Part shown: positions 27,348-34,939 of the stretch, piece after piece
How the letters are laid out: each line of letters begins with the position of its first letter
How positions within the stretch are numbered: the first letter of the stretch is position 1
Origin: an uncultured Gammaproteobacteria bacterium
GTDB lineage: Bacteria; Patescibacteriota; Patescibacteriia; UBA9570
NCBI GenBank assembly: GCA_964385285.1
Contig: CAYLOJ010000007.1
Location: 1 to 61,462, forward strand
Length of the DNA: 61,462 nt
Reading direction: 5' to 3'
Notes under the pieces: generated by a model
The model's input: only the letters and a program-made list of their open reading frames with translations
Told to the model about the DNA's origin: nothing
Databases searched by the model: none
Made by a program: the position numbers and the translations under genes

Positions 27348-27539
27348 ATGTCTACGTATTACGGACAACTGATGGAAGCAGAGTTGGCGGTGCGTGGCCT
27401 GGGCCCTGATGGCAAGCCACTGCAGGGTGACCCAGACATGCATGGCGGCCACCCGGACGCAAGCCCGGACCCCGTGAAGCCGGCGGAAGGCTCGCCTCTG
27501 CCGGCGACGAACGAAGAAGAGGGCTACCACATGCCGTAG
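27348..27539 (+). CDS. GC-rich 63-aa acidic Pro/Gly-rich protein
   Basis: ORF track. SD UGGAGGA lies 7 nt upstream of the ATG. Preferred over the two antisense ORFs. Confidence 0.5.
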   Translation: MSTYYGQLMEAELAVRGLGPDGKPLQGDPDMHGGHPDASPDPVKPAEGSPLPATNEEEGYHMP

Positions 27540-27559
27540 TGAAGGACGCGGCGAGGAGC

Positions 27560-27602
27560 AGGAGGAATTGAGCGCCGCTAGATTTCAGATCTGGCCGCGC
27601 TC
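27560..27602 (+). other. 3' module of the 27348 gene: AGGAGGAA plus a long hairpin (same orientation as its plus-strand ORF)
   Basis: AGGAGGAA at 27560-27567. GAGCGCCGCUAGAU-UUC-AGAUCUGGCCGCGCUC at 27570-27602. Confidence 0.5.
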
Positions 27603-27642
27603 TTTCCATTTCTGAACAGTGTTCAGGATGCGTAACTTTGTC

Positions 27643-27671
27643 TTGACAATGGAGCTTTCTTTCAATAGTCT
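27643..27671 (+). promoter_or_regulatory. Sigma70-type promoter of Y1 RNA
   Basis: TTGACA, 17 nt, TAGTCT. Confidence 0.5.
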
Positions 27672-27676
27672 GGAGA

Positions 27677-27868
27677 TGTTACTTTTTCATTCCCGTGTGT
27701 TTAAAAAGGTACGCACCTTCAAGCAACGACTCGAGATCAGCCCTCTAGCGGGTTTGGCCACATTCCCCATGGAAATGCGGCACTGCACGTGTAGTCGTGC
27801 CTGACAGCTGTCAGATTATTTTACGATTTTATTTAGTTTTAATGCGACAGGTCACCAGCCTGTTTTTT
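27677..27868 (+). ncRNA. Y-family structured leader/sRNA, copy Y1 (terminated ~75 nt before the FG-GAP gene)
   Basis: Homologous to Y2 and Y3 (GCACCUUCAAG, GGGUUUGG, UUCCCCAUGG blocks). Ends in ACAGG-UCACCAG-CCUGU plus U6. Confidence 0.5.
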
Positions 27869-27944
27869 GTTTGTAGTATCACAAGTCCTAACGATGCGAC
27901 TTATGCGTTGGACCATAATCTGATTAACGATTAAACTGAATTAT

Positions 27945-30098
27945 ATGTATAAAAAAATCCTCTTAACAGTTAGCGTTGCCCTACTAACGGGCTTAGCAAT
28001 TCCTCACCAGGGTAAGGCAACCAGTGCCTATGACCTACCAGAAATTTCAGGTGCCATCAACTCTGATGCTGCCGGTGATACTGTCGCCAGTGGAGATATC
28101 AATGGAGATGGCTATGATGATTTGCTCATTGGAGCCAGTGGTTACCATGAATTTGGGGGTGCCGTTTATCTGTTTTATGGCAGTGAGACTTTGATCACCG
28201 ATACTAGTGTGACAACAGCGGACGCGACCTTCGATGCCACTGATGCCCAATATGCTGGTTCAAATTTAACGACTGGGGATTTTAATGATGATGGTTATGA
28301 TGATATTGTCATTAACGCTAGAAATTATGCTGTCGACGGAAGTACGGTAGGGGCTGTATATATCATCTATGGTCAAGCCGATGCACTCACCTCTTTTCAG
28401 CTGAGCACAAAAAATACCACCCGTATTCGCGGTGATCAAGCCAATGACGCCTTAGATGCTGTTGGAGCAGCTGATTTAAACGGTGACGGTGTGGATGATT
28501 TAATCATTGGCTGCCCCCAGTATGGCAGCACGAATTACGGTGCCATTTATGTAATCTATGGCACAACTGGAGCTGAATTAGATGATGCTACATTATCCAG
28601 CAGCAACATTATTTTAGTAGGACAAAATACATCCGATTACTTTGGTGCTCAGGTCAGTAATGCTGGCGATGTCAATGGAGATGGTTTTGAAGATGTGGTC
28701 ATTGCCGCTCCACGTGATGAAGAAGGATTAAGTCGGATTTGGTTGTTGTATGGGCAATCGGCTGAGTTCTCTGCTGGTACCACCAATATCAGTACGATTG
28801 GCGTGCGCTTTAACAATGAGCACGACGATGATCAGTTGGGAACCGTTGCTTATGGTGGTGATATAAATAATGATGGTTACGATGATCTGTTGGCTGCGGC
28901 TACACAGTACTCCGACACGCTCGCTACCAATGGTGCTGTCTACACTTTACTCGGAAAATCCAGCCACTATACCAACCAATCCATTGCTACTGGTCAGCAG
29001 TATCTTGGTATCGCAGCTCACGATCAAGTGGGCACCGCCCTCACTAGCGGCCAGACTAACGATGATCGCTATAGCGACATAGTGATGTCAGCACAAGTTA
29101 GCAACACAGCTCAACCCGGAATCATCTACCTGATCTATGGAGAGGCTAACCCAATTTCGCAAGCTCTGAGTTTACAGCTGAGTATTGAAGGTAGGTCAGA
29201 TTACGATGAGTTTGGGAATAGTTTGGCGAGTGGTGATTTAAACCATGATGGCTATGACGAAATCATCATCGGCGCTCCAGGTCGCAATTCCTTTTCTGGT
29301 AGTGTCTATATCCTCTACAGCACGGTCGATACGGATGGTGATGGCATTGCCGGAACTGATGGTGTCATCTTCGATGGCGTAGATACCAATGATAATGACT
29401 TTGACAATGACGGCATTACCGATGACTTAGATACCGGAGTTGATACTACCTACGAAATTGCTGATGATGGTTATGACAATGATGGCGATGGCGTTGTGGA
29501 TGAAACTACCAATACTGTAGAGGAAAATGGTACCCACACCGGTTATGACAGCCTGGATCCAAACGATTCGGATACAGCCGCTGCTAATCTCTCGACGGTA
29601 CATGGTCGTAAGAACGGTAAAATTAAAGTTACCTATTCTGACGATTCCTCATATGTCTATACGATCTTCAACCACACTATTTCTCGAAAAACTAAGGTGA
29701 AACAATATAGCGACTTAGGTTACTACGTTGTTTACCAAGCCAATGGTAAAAAAGTGGCTCTAGTTAATGCCTACACGGGCGAGGTCTACAATCGTAAGAC
29801 AGTCAATCGCAAAGCTCGCCGCTATGTGGGATTGCTAGTCACTGATGTTCGTGGCGATGGTCATACTGAAGCGGTGGTTACGAATCGCAAAGGGACGGCG
29901 GTGCAGGTGGCGATCTTCAAAGTGAATACCAGTCGCCAAACCTTAAAAAAACGCTCCAGTCTCAAGCTGACTGATGCCAACATTGCCGTAACTAAGACAA
30001 AGAAAAAAGGCAAAAAAGTATTACTGCGTAATCGAAGCAGTCGGATCCTTTATCGATTAAATACCAACTCACATTACGTATTAAGCTCGGCGGAATAA
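27945..30098 (+). CDS. Secreted FG-GAP repeat protein (717 aa)
   Basis: Signal peptide. More than 7 repeats of the GD(I/V)NGDGYDD type. Host-like GC. Confidence 0.8.
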   Translation: MYKKILLTVSVALLTGLAIPHQGKATSAYDLPEISGAINSDAAGDTVASGDINGDGYDDLLIGASGYHEFGGAVYLFYGSETLITDTSVTTADATFDATDAQYAGSNLTTGDFNDDGYDDIVINARNYAVDGSTVGAVYIIYGQADALTSFQLSTKNTTRIRGDQANDALDAVGAADLNGDGVDDLIIGCPQYGSTNYGAIYVIYGTTGAELDDATLSSSNIILVGQNTSDYFGAQVSNAGDVNGDGFEDVVIAAPRDEEGLSRIWLLYGQSAEFSAGTTNISTIGVRFNNEHDDDQLGTVAYGGDINNDGYDDLLAAATQYSDTLATNGAVYTLLGKSSHYTNQSIATGQQYLGIAAHDQVGTALTSGQTNDDRYSDIVMSAQVSNTAQPGIIYLIYGEANPISQALSLQLSIEGRSDYDEFGNSLASGDLNHDGYDEIIIGAPGRNSFSGSVYILYSTVDTDGDGIAGTDGVIFDGVDTNDNDFDNDGITDDLDTGVDTTYEIADDGYDNDGDGVVDETTNTVEENGTHTGYDSLDPNDSDTAAANLSTVHGRKNGKIKVTYSDDSSYVYTIFNHTISRKTKVKQYSDLGYYVVYQANGKKVALVNAYTGEVYNRKTVNRKARRYVGLLVTDVRGDGHTEAVVTNRKGTAVQVAIFKVNTSRQTLKKRSSLKLTDANIAVTKTKKKGKKVLLRNRSSRILYRLNTNSHYVLSSAE

Positions 30099-30130
30099 TC
30101 CGCTACGTTTTACCTTGCGATACTTCGCCC

Positions 30131-31057
30131 ATGACGGTTCTTACCTTCACACGCACCCTAGGCTTGGCTGGCCTTTTAGTTACCTGCATTGGTTGCAAAA
30201 CCACCGAGCCAGAAAAGCCAATCAGCGCTTCTTCTACTGCTGAAACCGCATTGTGTCAATCTGCAATTACCAGCCCTCGCCTACCCCCGGGAGATGTCTT
30301 AGCATTAGCAAAACAAGCTGATCCTATCTCCTATCAATTCACTCAAGATCACAGCGCGGAAATCATTCCTGTTGATGACAACAAAAGTTTTGCAGTGTGG
30401 TGGCAACCCGAGGGGTTTGATCCGGCCACAGATACTGTCTTAGTGAATTTACATGGCCATGGTGAGTGGGCCACCAGGGGTTTTACGGTTTGGCATGATC
30501 AACTCATGGAACACTCCTATGCTCACCTCGGTCTACAATGGTGGTTTGGACGCAGTTTAGAATCGAATGGCTATTATGATCCAGACCAAATTTATCGTTT
30601 GATCACAGAACAACTGGCGGCACATCACATTCCTCCAGGGCATGTGATCTTTGAAGGCTTTAGCATGGGCAGCGCACGATCGTATGCAGTTACCTTACGT
30701 GATGCATTGTGTGGGGAACATTACTTTGGTGTCACTATCGCCAATGCTGGACCGTGGGAAGATGACTATGACACAAATGCTGAAGTGCTAGCTGGTAATT
30801 ATGGCGCCACCCCGTACGCAGGCACAGACTGGATTTTGTTTTGTGGCGAACAAGATGAGAATGCCTATGCACATAGTACATATCCACATGTCTGCGATGG
30901 AATGGATCATACCAAAACTGTGTTGGAAGCGTACGGTGCCACAGTAGATCTTTTGTTAAAGGATCCAACCGGTAACCATGGCAGTATGATGCTACACCCC
31001 GAAAATACCAATACTGTACTGTATGCGGCCGAAAAAATTTTGGTTGGCCAGAACTAG
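30131..31057 (+). CDS. Lipoprotein alpha/beta-hydrolase (esterase / PHB-depolymerase-like)
   Basis: Lipobox LVTCIGC. Nucleophile elbow GFSMGS. Confidence 0.6.
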   Translation: MTVLTFTRTLGLAGLLVTCIGCKTTEPEKPISASSTAETALCQSAITSPRLPPGDVLALAKQADPISYQFTQDHSAEIIPVDDNKSFAVWWQPEGFDPATDTVLVNLHGHGEWATRGFTVWHDQLMEHSYAHLGLQWWFGRSLESNGYYDPDQIYRLITEQLAAHHIPPGHVIFEGFSMGSARSYAVTLRDALCGEHYFGVTIANAGPWEDDYDTNAEVLAGNYGATPYAGTDWILFCGEQDENAYAHSTYPHVCDGMDHTKTVLEAYGATVDLLLKDPTGNHGSMMLHPENTNTVLYAAEKILVGQN

Positions 31058-31383
31058 TGACGTGTAGATCGCTTCTGTAGAATGCCCCGTACTGATGGGC
31101 TAATCGCTTTGTCTTTACGATGAATGCAACCGATCCAACAGCATGGACGGCGCATCCCCTCTTTCAATTCACTGACGACACGTTTTACATGCTCGGCTCG
31201 AGTGTCGGCTTTTTTTGGAAAGGTTGTCCAACAGATCCATTCATTACGCGCTAACGGTGTTAAACTCTCCCACAACTTGAGAGCGGTTTTATCTTTAGTC
31301 AGTGCAGTTCCTAAATCGGTTGGTAGTTGGTGAACGGTACCACTAGCAATGTGTTGGGTGGTTGTCATAGACTTTATCAACAA
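31054..31383 (-). CDS. YdeI/OmpD-associated family protein
   Basis: LPTDL...LWESLTPLARNEWICW...RAEHVKRVVSELKEG matches the YdeI-type C-terminal domain. Confidence 0.6.
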   Translation of the reverse strand: MLIKSMTTTQHIASGTVHQLPTDLGTALTKDKTALKLWESLTPLARNEWICWTTFPKKADTRAEHVKRVVSELKEGMRRPCCWIGCIHRKDKAISPSVRGILQKRSTRH

Positions 31384-31395
31384 TGGATTAGTAAA

Positions 31396-32175
31396 CTATT
31401 GCCCTGAAAACAGACGTCCGTAGACATTTAGTTCCGTATACAAATCATCGGCATTTTTCATGGCATCGGAAAATGTCTCCTCTTTAATATCCACCCTACC
31501 TTGATCGTGCAGATCTTCGATGATATCGGGTATATAATCTGCCACGGGATGAGACGCGTTCATAAAGACTAAAATATCTTCTGCGTCCGTAGCCTGATCT
31601 TTAGTCAGTACTTGCTCAAAATAATCCAAGATTCCTGGATCATCATAGTAAATCGTGGATAGAAAACCATTCATCGGACCAGACGGAGTATCCAGTAAAC
31701 CCGATGCTGAAACGCTGATCCCATCCGTCCCGGTTACTTTATAAGTGTACAGATCAAAAAAATCGCCAACTAATTTTTTTTCTGCCTCTACTCGCTCTGT
31801 GGCAGGCAAATTACCAATGGTTTGACTAAGACGAACATAGTCCTGTTGCATGCGCTTTTGCAGGGCACTTAATTGATCGCGATCGTACTGCAATTGATCC
31901 AGGTAAGACTTAAGAGCGTTACTGGTGGTATCAAAATCACGTTTTGCCTGCTCGTATGCGGCTACCGGCGATTGTTCTGCACGGTGTTCAGCCTCTGGCA
32001 TAGTACGTCGCGGAAGATCTGCCTCTACTTCGGCAGGAGCGTGTTGCACAACAGGCTCGAGTGGATGCGGCGCCTGATCCAAATGCGCATCTGATGATAA
32101 TCCAGCAAATACTAATGGGATCAAACGTTTAAGCCTGTCTGGTCCTTGTCGCTTCGGCATTCCACCTTCACGCAT
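31396..32175 (-). CDS. Hypothetical protein
   Basis: ORF track. Host-like GC. Candidate promoter TTGACG at about 32235-32240. Confidence 0.55.
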   Translation of the reverse strand: MREGGMPKRQGPDRLKRLIPLVFAGLSSDAHLDQAPHPLEPVVQHAPAEVEADLPRRTMPEAEHRAEQSPVAAYEQAKRDFDTTSNALKSYLDQLQYDRDQLSALQKRMQQDYVRLSQTIGNLPATERVEAEKKLVGDFFDLYTYKVTGTDGISVSASGLLDTPSGPMNGFLSTIYYDDPGILDYFEQVLTKDQATDAEDILVFMNASHPVADYIPDIIEDLHDQGRVDIKEETFSDAMKNADDLYTELNVYGRLFSGQ

Positions 32176-32254
32176 ATAATATGTATTTAAGTACTCAATC
32201 GATGATGAAATACTATCCTTAGATAGTCATGAACGTCAACTGAAATTTACTTTA

Positions 32255-32320
32255 CACCTCCTGTATGAATCATACATGACCCTTACGGGAGGTGGGGCGA
32301 CGGCTTGAAAGCAGTCACCC
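32255..32320 (-). other. Structured 3' region of cassette H
   Basis: CACCUCC...GGAGGUG 7-bp stem (32255-32294) enclosing a UGUAUGA/UCAUACA palindrome and a CC-GUAA-GG hairpin. GGGGUGAC/GUCGCCCC hairpin at 32294-32320. Confidence 0.4.
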
Positions 32321-32354
32321 CGACAACACGATGGCAGCGACTGCTACTTGAACC

Positions 32355-32993
32355 CTACTGAGCGCTCATCATCCGGATGTACGCCACCTGCGCACCTTCG
32401 GCCGTCGGGTCAAAGGAGTAGGTGGCGGCGGTCGGAGCAACACTGCGCGTGGCAGAGATGCTCTTGGTTCGCATCGTGGACGAAGAAGCCGAGACGAGCT
32501 GGACGTGGTTGCGTCCCAACTGCTGCGACTCCCGCGCGACGATGTAGTTGAGCGCGAGGGTGTCGAGCGGAGTCCGGGAGTAGACCAGGTAGAGGTCCTC
32601 CTGGCCAAAGGGCGGGTTGATCTGCAGCGGGGAAGCTTCGGTACCGAACGGCACGGTACCTCCAGCGATAACGTAGTTGGACTCTCCGTCGTATGGAAAG
32701 ACCAGTGCCACGTTTGAAGCAGAGTCAACGTTGACGAGGTACACGTACCCCGTCTGCTGGATGGTCGCCACCATCCAGAGCTTCTCACCGTTGTGGAAGA
32801 TCCGCTCCGGATCCACAGCGCCGGACATCGTCTGGTAAGTGACAGTGGCAAGGTTGGTGGGTGCCTGGATCACACCGAGGCACTTCGCGCCGGGCGGACA
32901 CGCGTAAGCGGGCGTGACTGTGACAAGGGCGAGGAAGAAGACGACAAGGAGCAACCACTGGGGCAGTGTCTTGAAGTCATTGAAGGTAGACAT
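32355..32993 (-). CDS. GC-rich secreted protein, DUF4384-like
   Basis: Signal peptide ...LLLVVFFLALVTVTPAYA. GYVYLVNVDSASNVALVFPYDG resembles the DUF4384 core. Start set at the ATG at 32993; the track TTG is at 33011. Confidence 0.6.
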   Translation of the reverse strand: MSTFNDFKTLPQWLLLVVFFLALVTVTPAYACPPGAKCLGVIQAPTNLATVTYQTMSGAVDPERIFHNGEKLWMVATIQQTGYVYLVNVDSASNVALVFPYDGESNYVIAGGTVPFGTEASPLQINPPFGQEDLYLVYSRTPLDTLALNYIVARESQQLGRNHVQLVSASSSTMRTKSISATRSVAPTAATYSFDPTAEGAQVAYIRMMSAQ

Positions 32994-33040
32994 GGAATCT
33001 CGATTTGCCAACGCGCGTTGATGGCATCTAGGGTAGGGGT

Positions 33041-33200
33041 AAAAAAGGAATGGTCGCGCGCCAACAGTTAAGCATTGCTATGCCAGTCTGATGCAGCGCG
33101 GCCATTCATTTAGTAGCAGTCAGTTGTTAATGATCGTGTCTAAGCGTCGTTTCGGGAATTACTGTCTTCTGGAAGAAGATAAAATCACCAGCAAAAACGA
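33041..33200 (-). ncRNA. Terminated structured leader upstream of cassette H
   Basis: Starts after promoter P_H. CGUCGUUU/AAACGACG helix. Long GAAUGGCCGCGC / GCGCGCGACCAUUC stem followed by U6 (33041-33107), about 50 nt before the ATG. Confidence 0.4.
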
Positions 33201-33206
33201 CGTCAG

Positions 33207-33235
33207 ATGGTACCATGATTTTTCCACTTTGTCAA
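33207..33235 (-). promoter_or_regulatory. Sigma70-type promoter P_H
   Basis: TTGACA (33230-33235), 17 nt, TACCAT (33207-33212). Confidence 0.5.
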
Positions 33236-33255
33236 TGGCTAAGATAAACTAGTTT

Positions 33256-33320
33256 GTAGACTACTGTCTTCAGAATTTGAACCCTATTGTGCAGGCGTTG
33301 CGGCAGTGGCAACAAGTTTT
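33256..33320 (-). repeat. R repeat copy R1 (resembles a tRNA 3' half)
   Basis: Minus strand AAAACUUGUUGCCACUGCCGCAACGCCUGCACAAUAGGGUUCAAAUUCUGAAGACAGUAGUCUAC, followed by the palindrome AAACTAGTTT and the promoter. Confidence 0.7.
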
Positions 33321-33365
33321 AACTTCTTTAAGCTTACCCTTTAGTACTTTTCGTTATATGAATAT

Positions 33366-33863
33366 TCAGTATGTTAGGGCTTCAACAAGGGCCTTGCAAA
33401 AACGCTCTTGCCGCAACACAACACCCTTAGTATTGTGCCATGAACCGTCTCCAGGAATATATAACACGTGTTGACCATGCGCATCCCGATAGATCAGCTT
33501 TACTGCAACAGCGCTGCCATACGCAGTGATGATATGTTGAACGCTAGCAGAGACCACATCTGATTTATTGATACTAATGTTATCCATCGGCTGAAGAGCT
33601 GTGAACGTATAAACGCCCTTCATACAGGTAATACGTATATACCAGGGTGCAATAATTTTACGTCTAGTCGCGTACACAAAAAAAATGCCTAGCACAAACA
33701 TAACACCAACCCCTAACACACTGAGGGGCTCATCGCTACTAACAGGAATTTCTCCCTGAGCCCACAGCCAAATAAAACTACCAAATAATAGACTCATGAT
33801 AACAGGAAAAAATAAAATAATGCCTAGCCGGTCACGAGTTGAATGTCTCCTTTCAAATTGCAT
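33366..33863 (-). CDS. Hypothetical membrane protein (2 N-terminal TM helices)
   Basis: ORF track. Host-like GC. The ATG lies 9 nt after R2 with no promoter in between. Confidence 0.6.
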   Translation of the reverse strand: MQFERRHSTRDRLGIILFFPVIMSLLFGSFIWLWAQGEIPVSSDEPLSVLGVGVMFVLGIFFVYATRRKIIAPWYIRITCMKGVYTFTALQPMDNISINKSDVVSASVQHIITAYGSAVAVKLIYRDAHGQHVLYIPGDGSWHNTKGVVLRQERFCKALVEALTY

Positions 33864-33871
33864 ATAGTAAT

Positions 33872-33936
33872 GTAGATTCCTGTCTTCAGAATTTAAACCC
33901 TATTGTACAGGCATTGCGGCAGTGGCAGCAAGTTTT
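33872..33936 (-). repeat. R repeat copy R2
   Basis: About 85% identical to R1. Lies between hammerhead 1 and the 33863 ORF. Confidence 0.7.
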
Positions 33937-33950
33937 AGCCGGTTCAATTA

Positions 33951-34016
33951 TCCCCTTTCGTCCTTAATCTTGCGATCTAGACTCGTCAGTTTAGGCATTA
34001 CCTAAAGAGGGTGATG
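33951..34016 (-). ncRNA. Type III hammerhead ribozyme, copy 1
   Basis: Minus strand CCCUC^UUUAGG-UAAUG-CCUAAA-CUGACGA-GUCUAGAUC-GCAA-GAUUAAGGAC-GAAA-GGGG. All core nucleotides are present (CUGANGA, G10.1-C11.1, GAAA, A15.1-U16.1, C17). Stems I and II are loop-closed and stem III is open. Predicted cleavage between 34007 and 34006. Confidence 0.8.
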
Positions 34017-34101
34017 AGTGGGGCCTTGGGTTGCAGGAGACGTTGGAACGTTCGCCGCAACACACGTAGGTCCCACCCGCCCTCATACACCATCTGTCCT
34101 C
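34017..34101 (-). other. Conserved structured domain between the cassette-I stop and hammerhead 1
   Basis: Homologous to 36536-36610. Helix GUGGGACC/GGCCCCAC and inner ACGU-UCCA-ACGU hairpin. Confidence 0.5.
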
Positions 34102-34482
34102 TTACTGGCAGCTCACCTCCCAGCCACCGAACGGCTCAGCGGCTCCGATGATGAATGACGGTTCGGCCTCTGGTGCCTGCGGGCATTGCACCCGCCACTC
34201 GTCCGCGAGCGCCTTGGCCCGCTTGATACTGAGCGGCGGGTCCTGGAACGCCTCTTCACTCATCTGGGTGCCGAGTGAAGTGACATGACAGCGCTTGTCA
34301 CTGTGCTGCTTCCAGAACGCGCAGGCAGACCCCAGGTCGTACTTGACGGCCTTTCCATCAGGGCCGAGAGTCGACGAATTCTTCTGATAGAGTACGAATC
34401 CGCGGACTGCGTTATCGGCAGGCATAGCAGCCATGATGCTGAGAACGATGAGAAGAGTGAAGGCAGTCTTGAAAGTTCGCAT
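34102..34482 (-). CDS. GC-rich secreted 126-aa Cys-containing protein (cassette I)
   Basis: ORF track. N-terminal signal-like helix MRTFKTAFTLLIVLSIMAAMPA. Confidence 0.6.
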   Translation of the reverse strand: MRTFKTAFTLLIVLSIMAAMPADNAVRGFVLYQKNSSTLGPDGKAVKYDLGSACAFWKQHSDKRCHVTSLGTQMSEEAFQDPPLSIKRAKALADEWRVQCPQAPEAEPSFIIGAAEPFGGWEVSCQ

Positions 34483-34513
34483 GGGCGCCTTATCCAGGTG
34501 GTGAGAGATACCG

Positions 34514-34564
34514 TTCCACCTGCTTACAGCTGACTTCTAAAAAATCAGATCTAAGCAAGTGGAA
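34514..34564 (-). promoter_or_regulatory. Conserved 13-bp leader hairpin followed by CUCACCACCUGG, upstream of cassette I
   Basis: UUCCACUUGCUUA...UAAGCAGGUGGAA. Homologous to 37137-37186. Confidence 0.45.
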
Positions 34565-34591
34565 CGAGTAATGTATGAGGGTTGTAAAGAA

Positions 34592-34774
34592 CAAAAAACA
34601 GGCGGTTAGCCTGCGTTGTGGAATAGAGAATGAATGGTTGTTTGGCTCGTACGATTACCTCGTACAGTGTCACATTACCATAGGGAACGTGACCAAACCC
34701 ACTTCATAACTTTTCCATTCAGTTATGCTAGTAGTTACTTGAAGGTGCATGTTTTGAGGCATGTCCTCAAAAAC
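34592..34774 (-). ncRNA. Y-family structured leader/sRNA, copy Y2
   Basis: Promoter TTGACA (34804-34809), 17 nt, TATAGT (34781-34786). Four hairpins. Terminator CAGGC-UAACC-GCCUG plus U6 at about 34593-34613. Confidence 0.55.
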
Positions 34775-34817
34775 AGTGGCACTATACTCATGCATATGAG
34801 TTATGTCAAGAATTGCT

Positions 34818-34883
34818 GTAAACCACTGTATTCAGAATTTGAACCCCATTGTACAGGCGTTGCGGCAGTGGCAACAGGTTTTA
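34818..34883 (-). repeat. R repeat copy R3
   Basis: Lies directly upstream of the Y2 promoter. A 12-nt R-end fragment (AGAGUCUACAUA) also overlaps the stop codon at about 34929-34940. Confidence 0.7.
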
Positions 34884-34939
34884 CGGCCTGTATTGGCTTG
34901 ATTTAATAGCCACAGCATTTTTGGAGAATTATGTAGACT

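Noticed and set aside
33256-33320. R repeats as functional tRNA genes
   Set aside because: Only a T-loop-like GGUUCAAAU and a 5-bp/7-nt stem-loop are present. No acceptor stem or D-arm exists, and position 33 of the pseudo-anticodon loop is A. A cloverleaf cannot be drawn.
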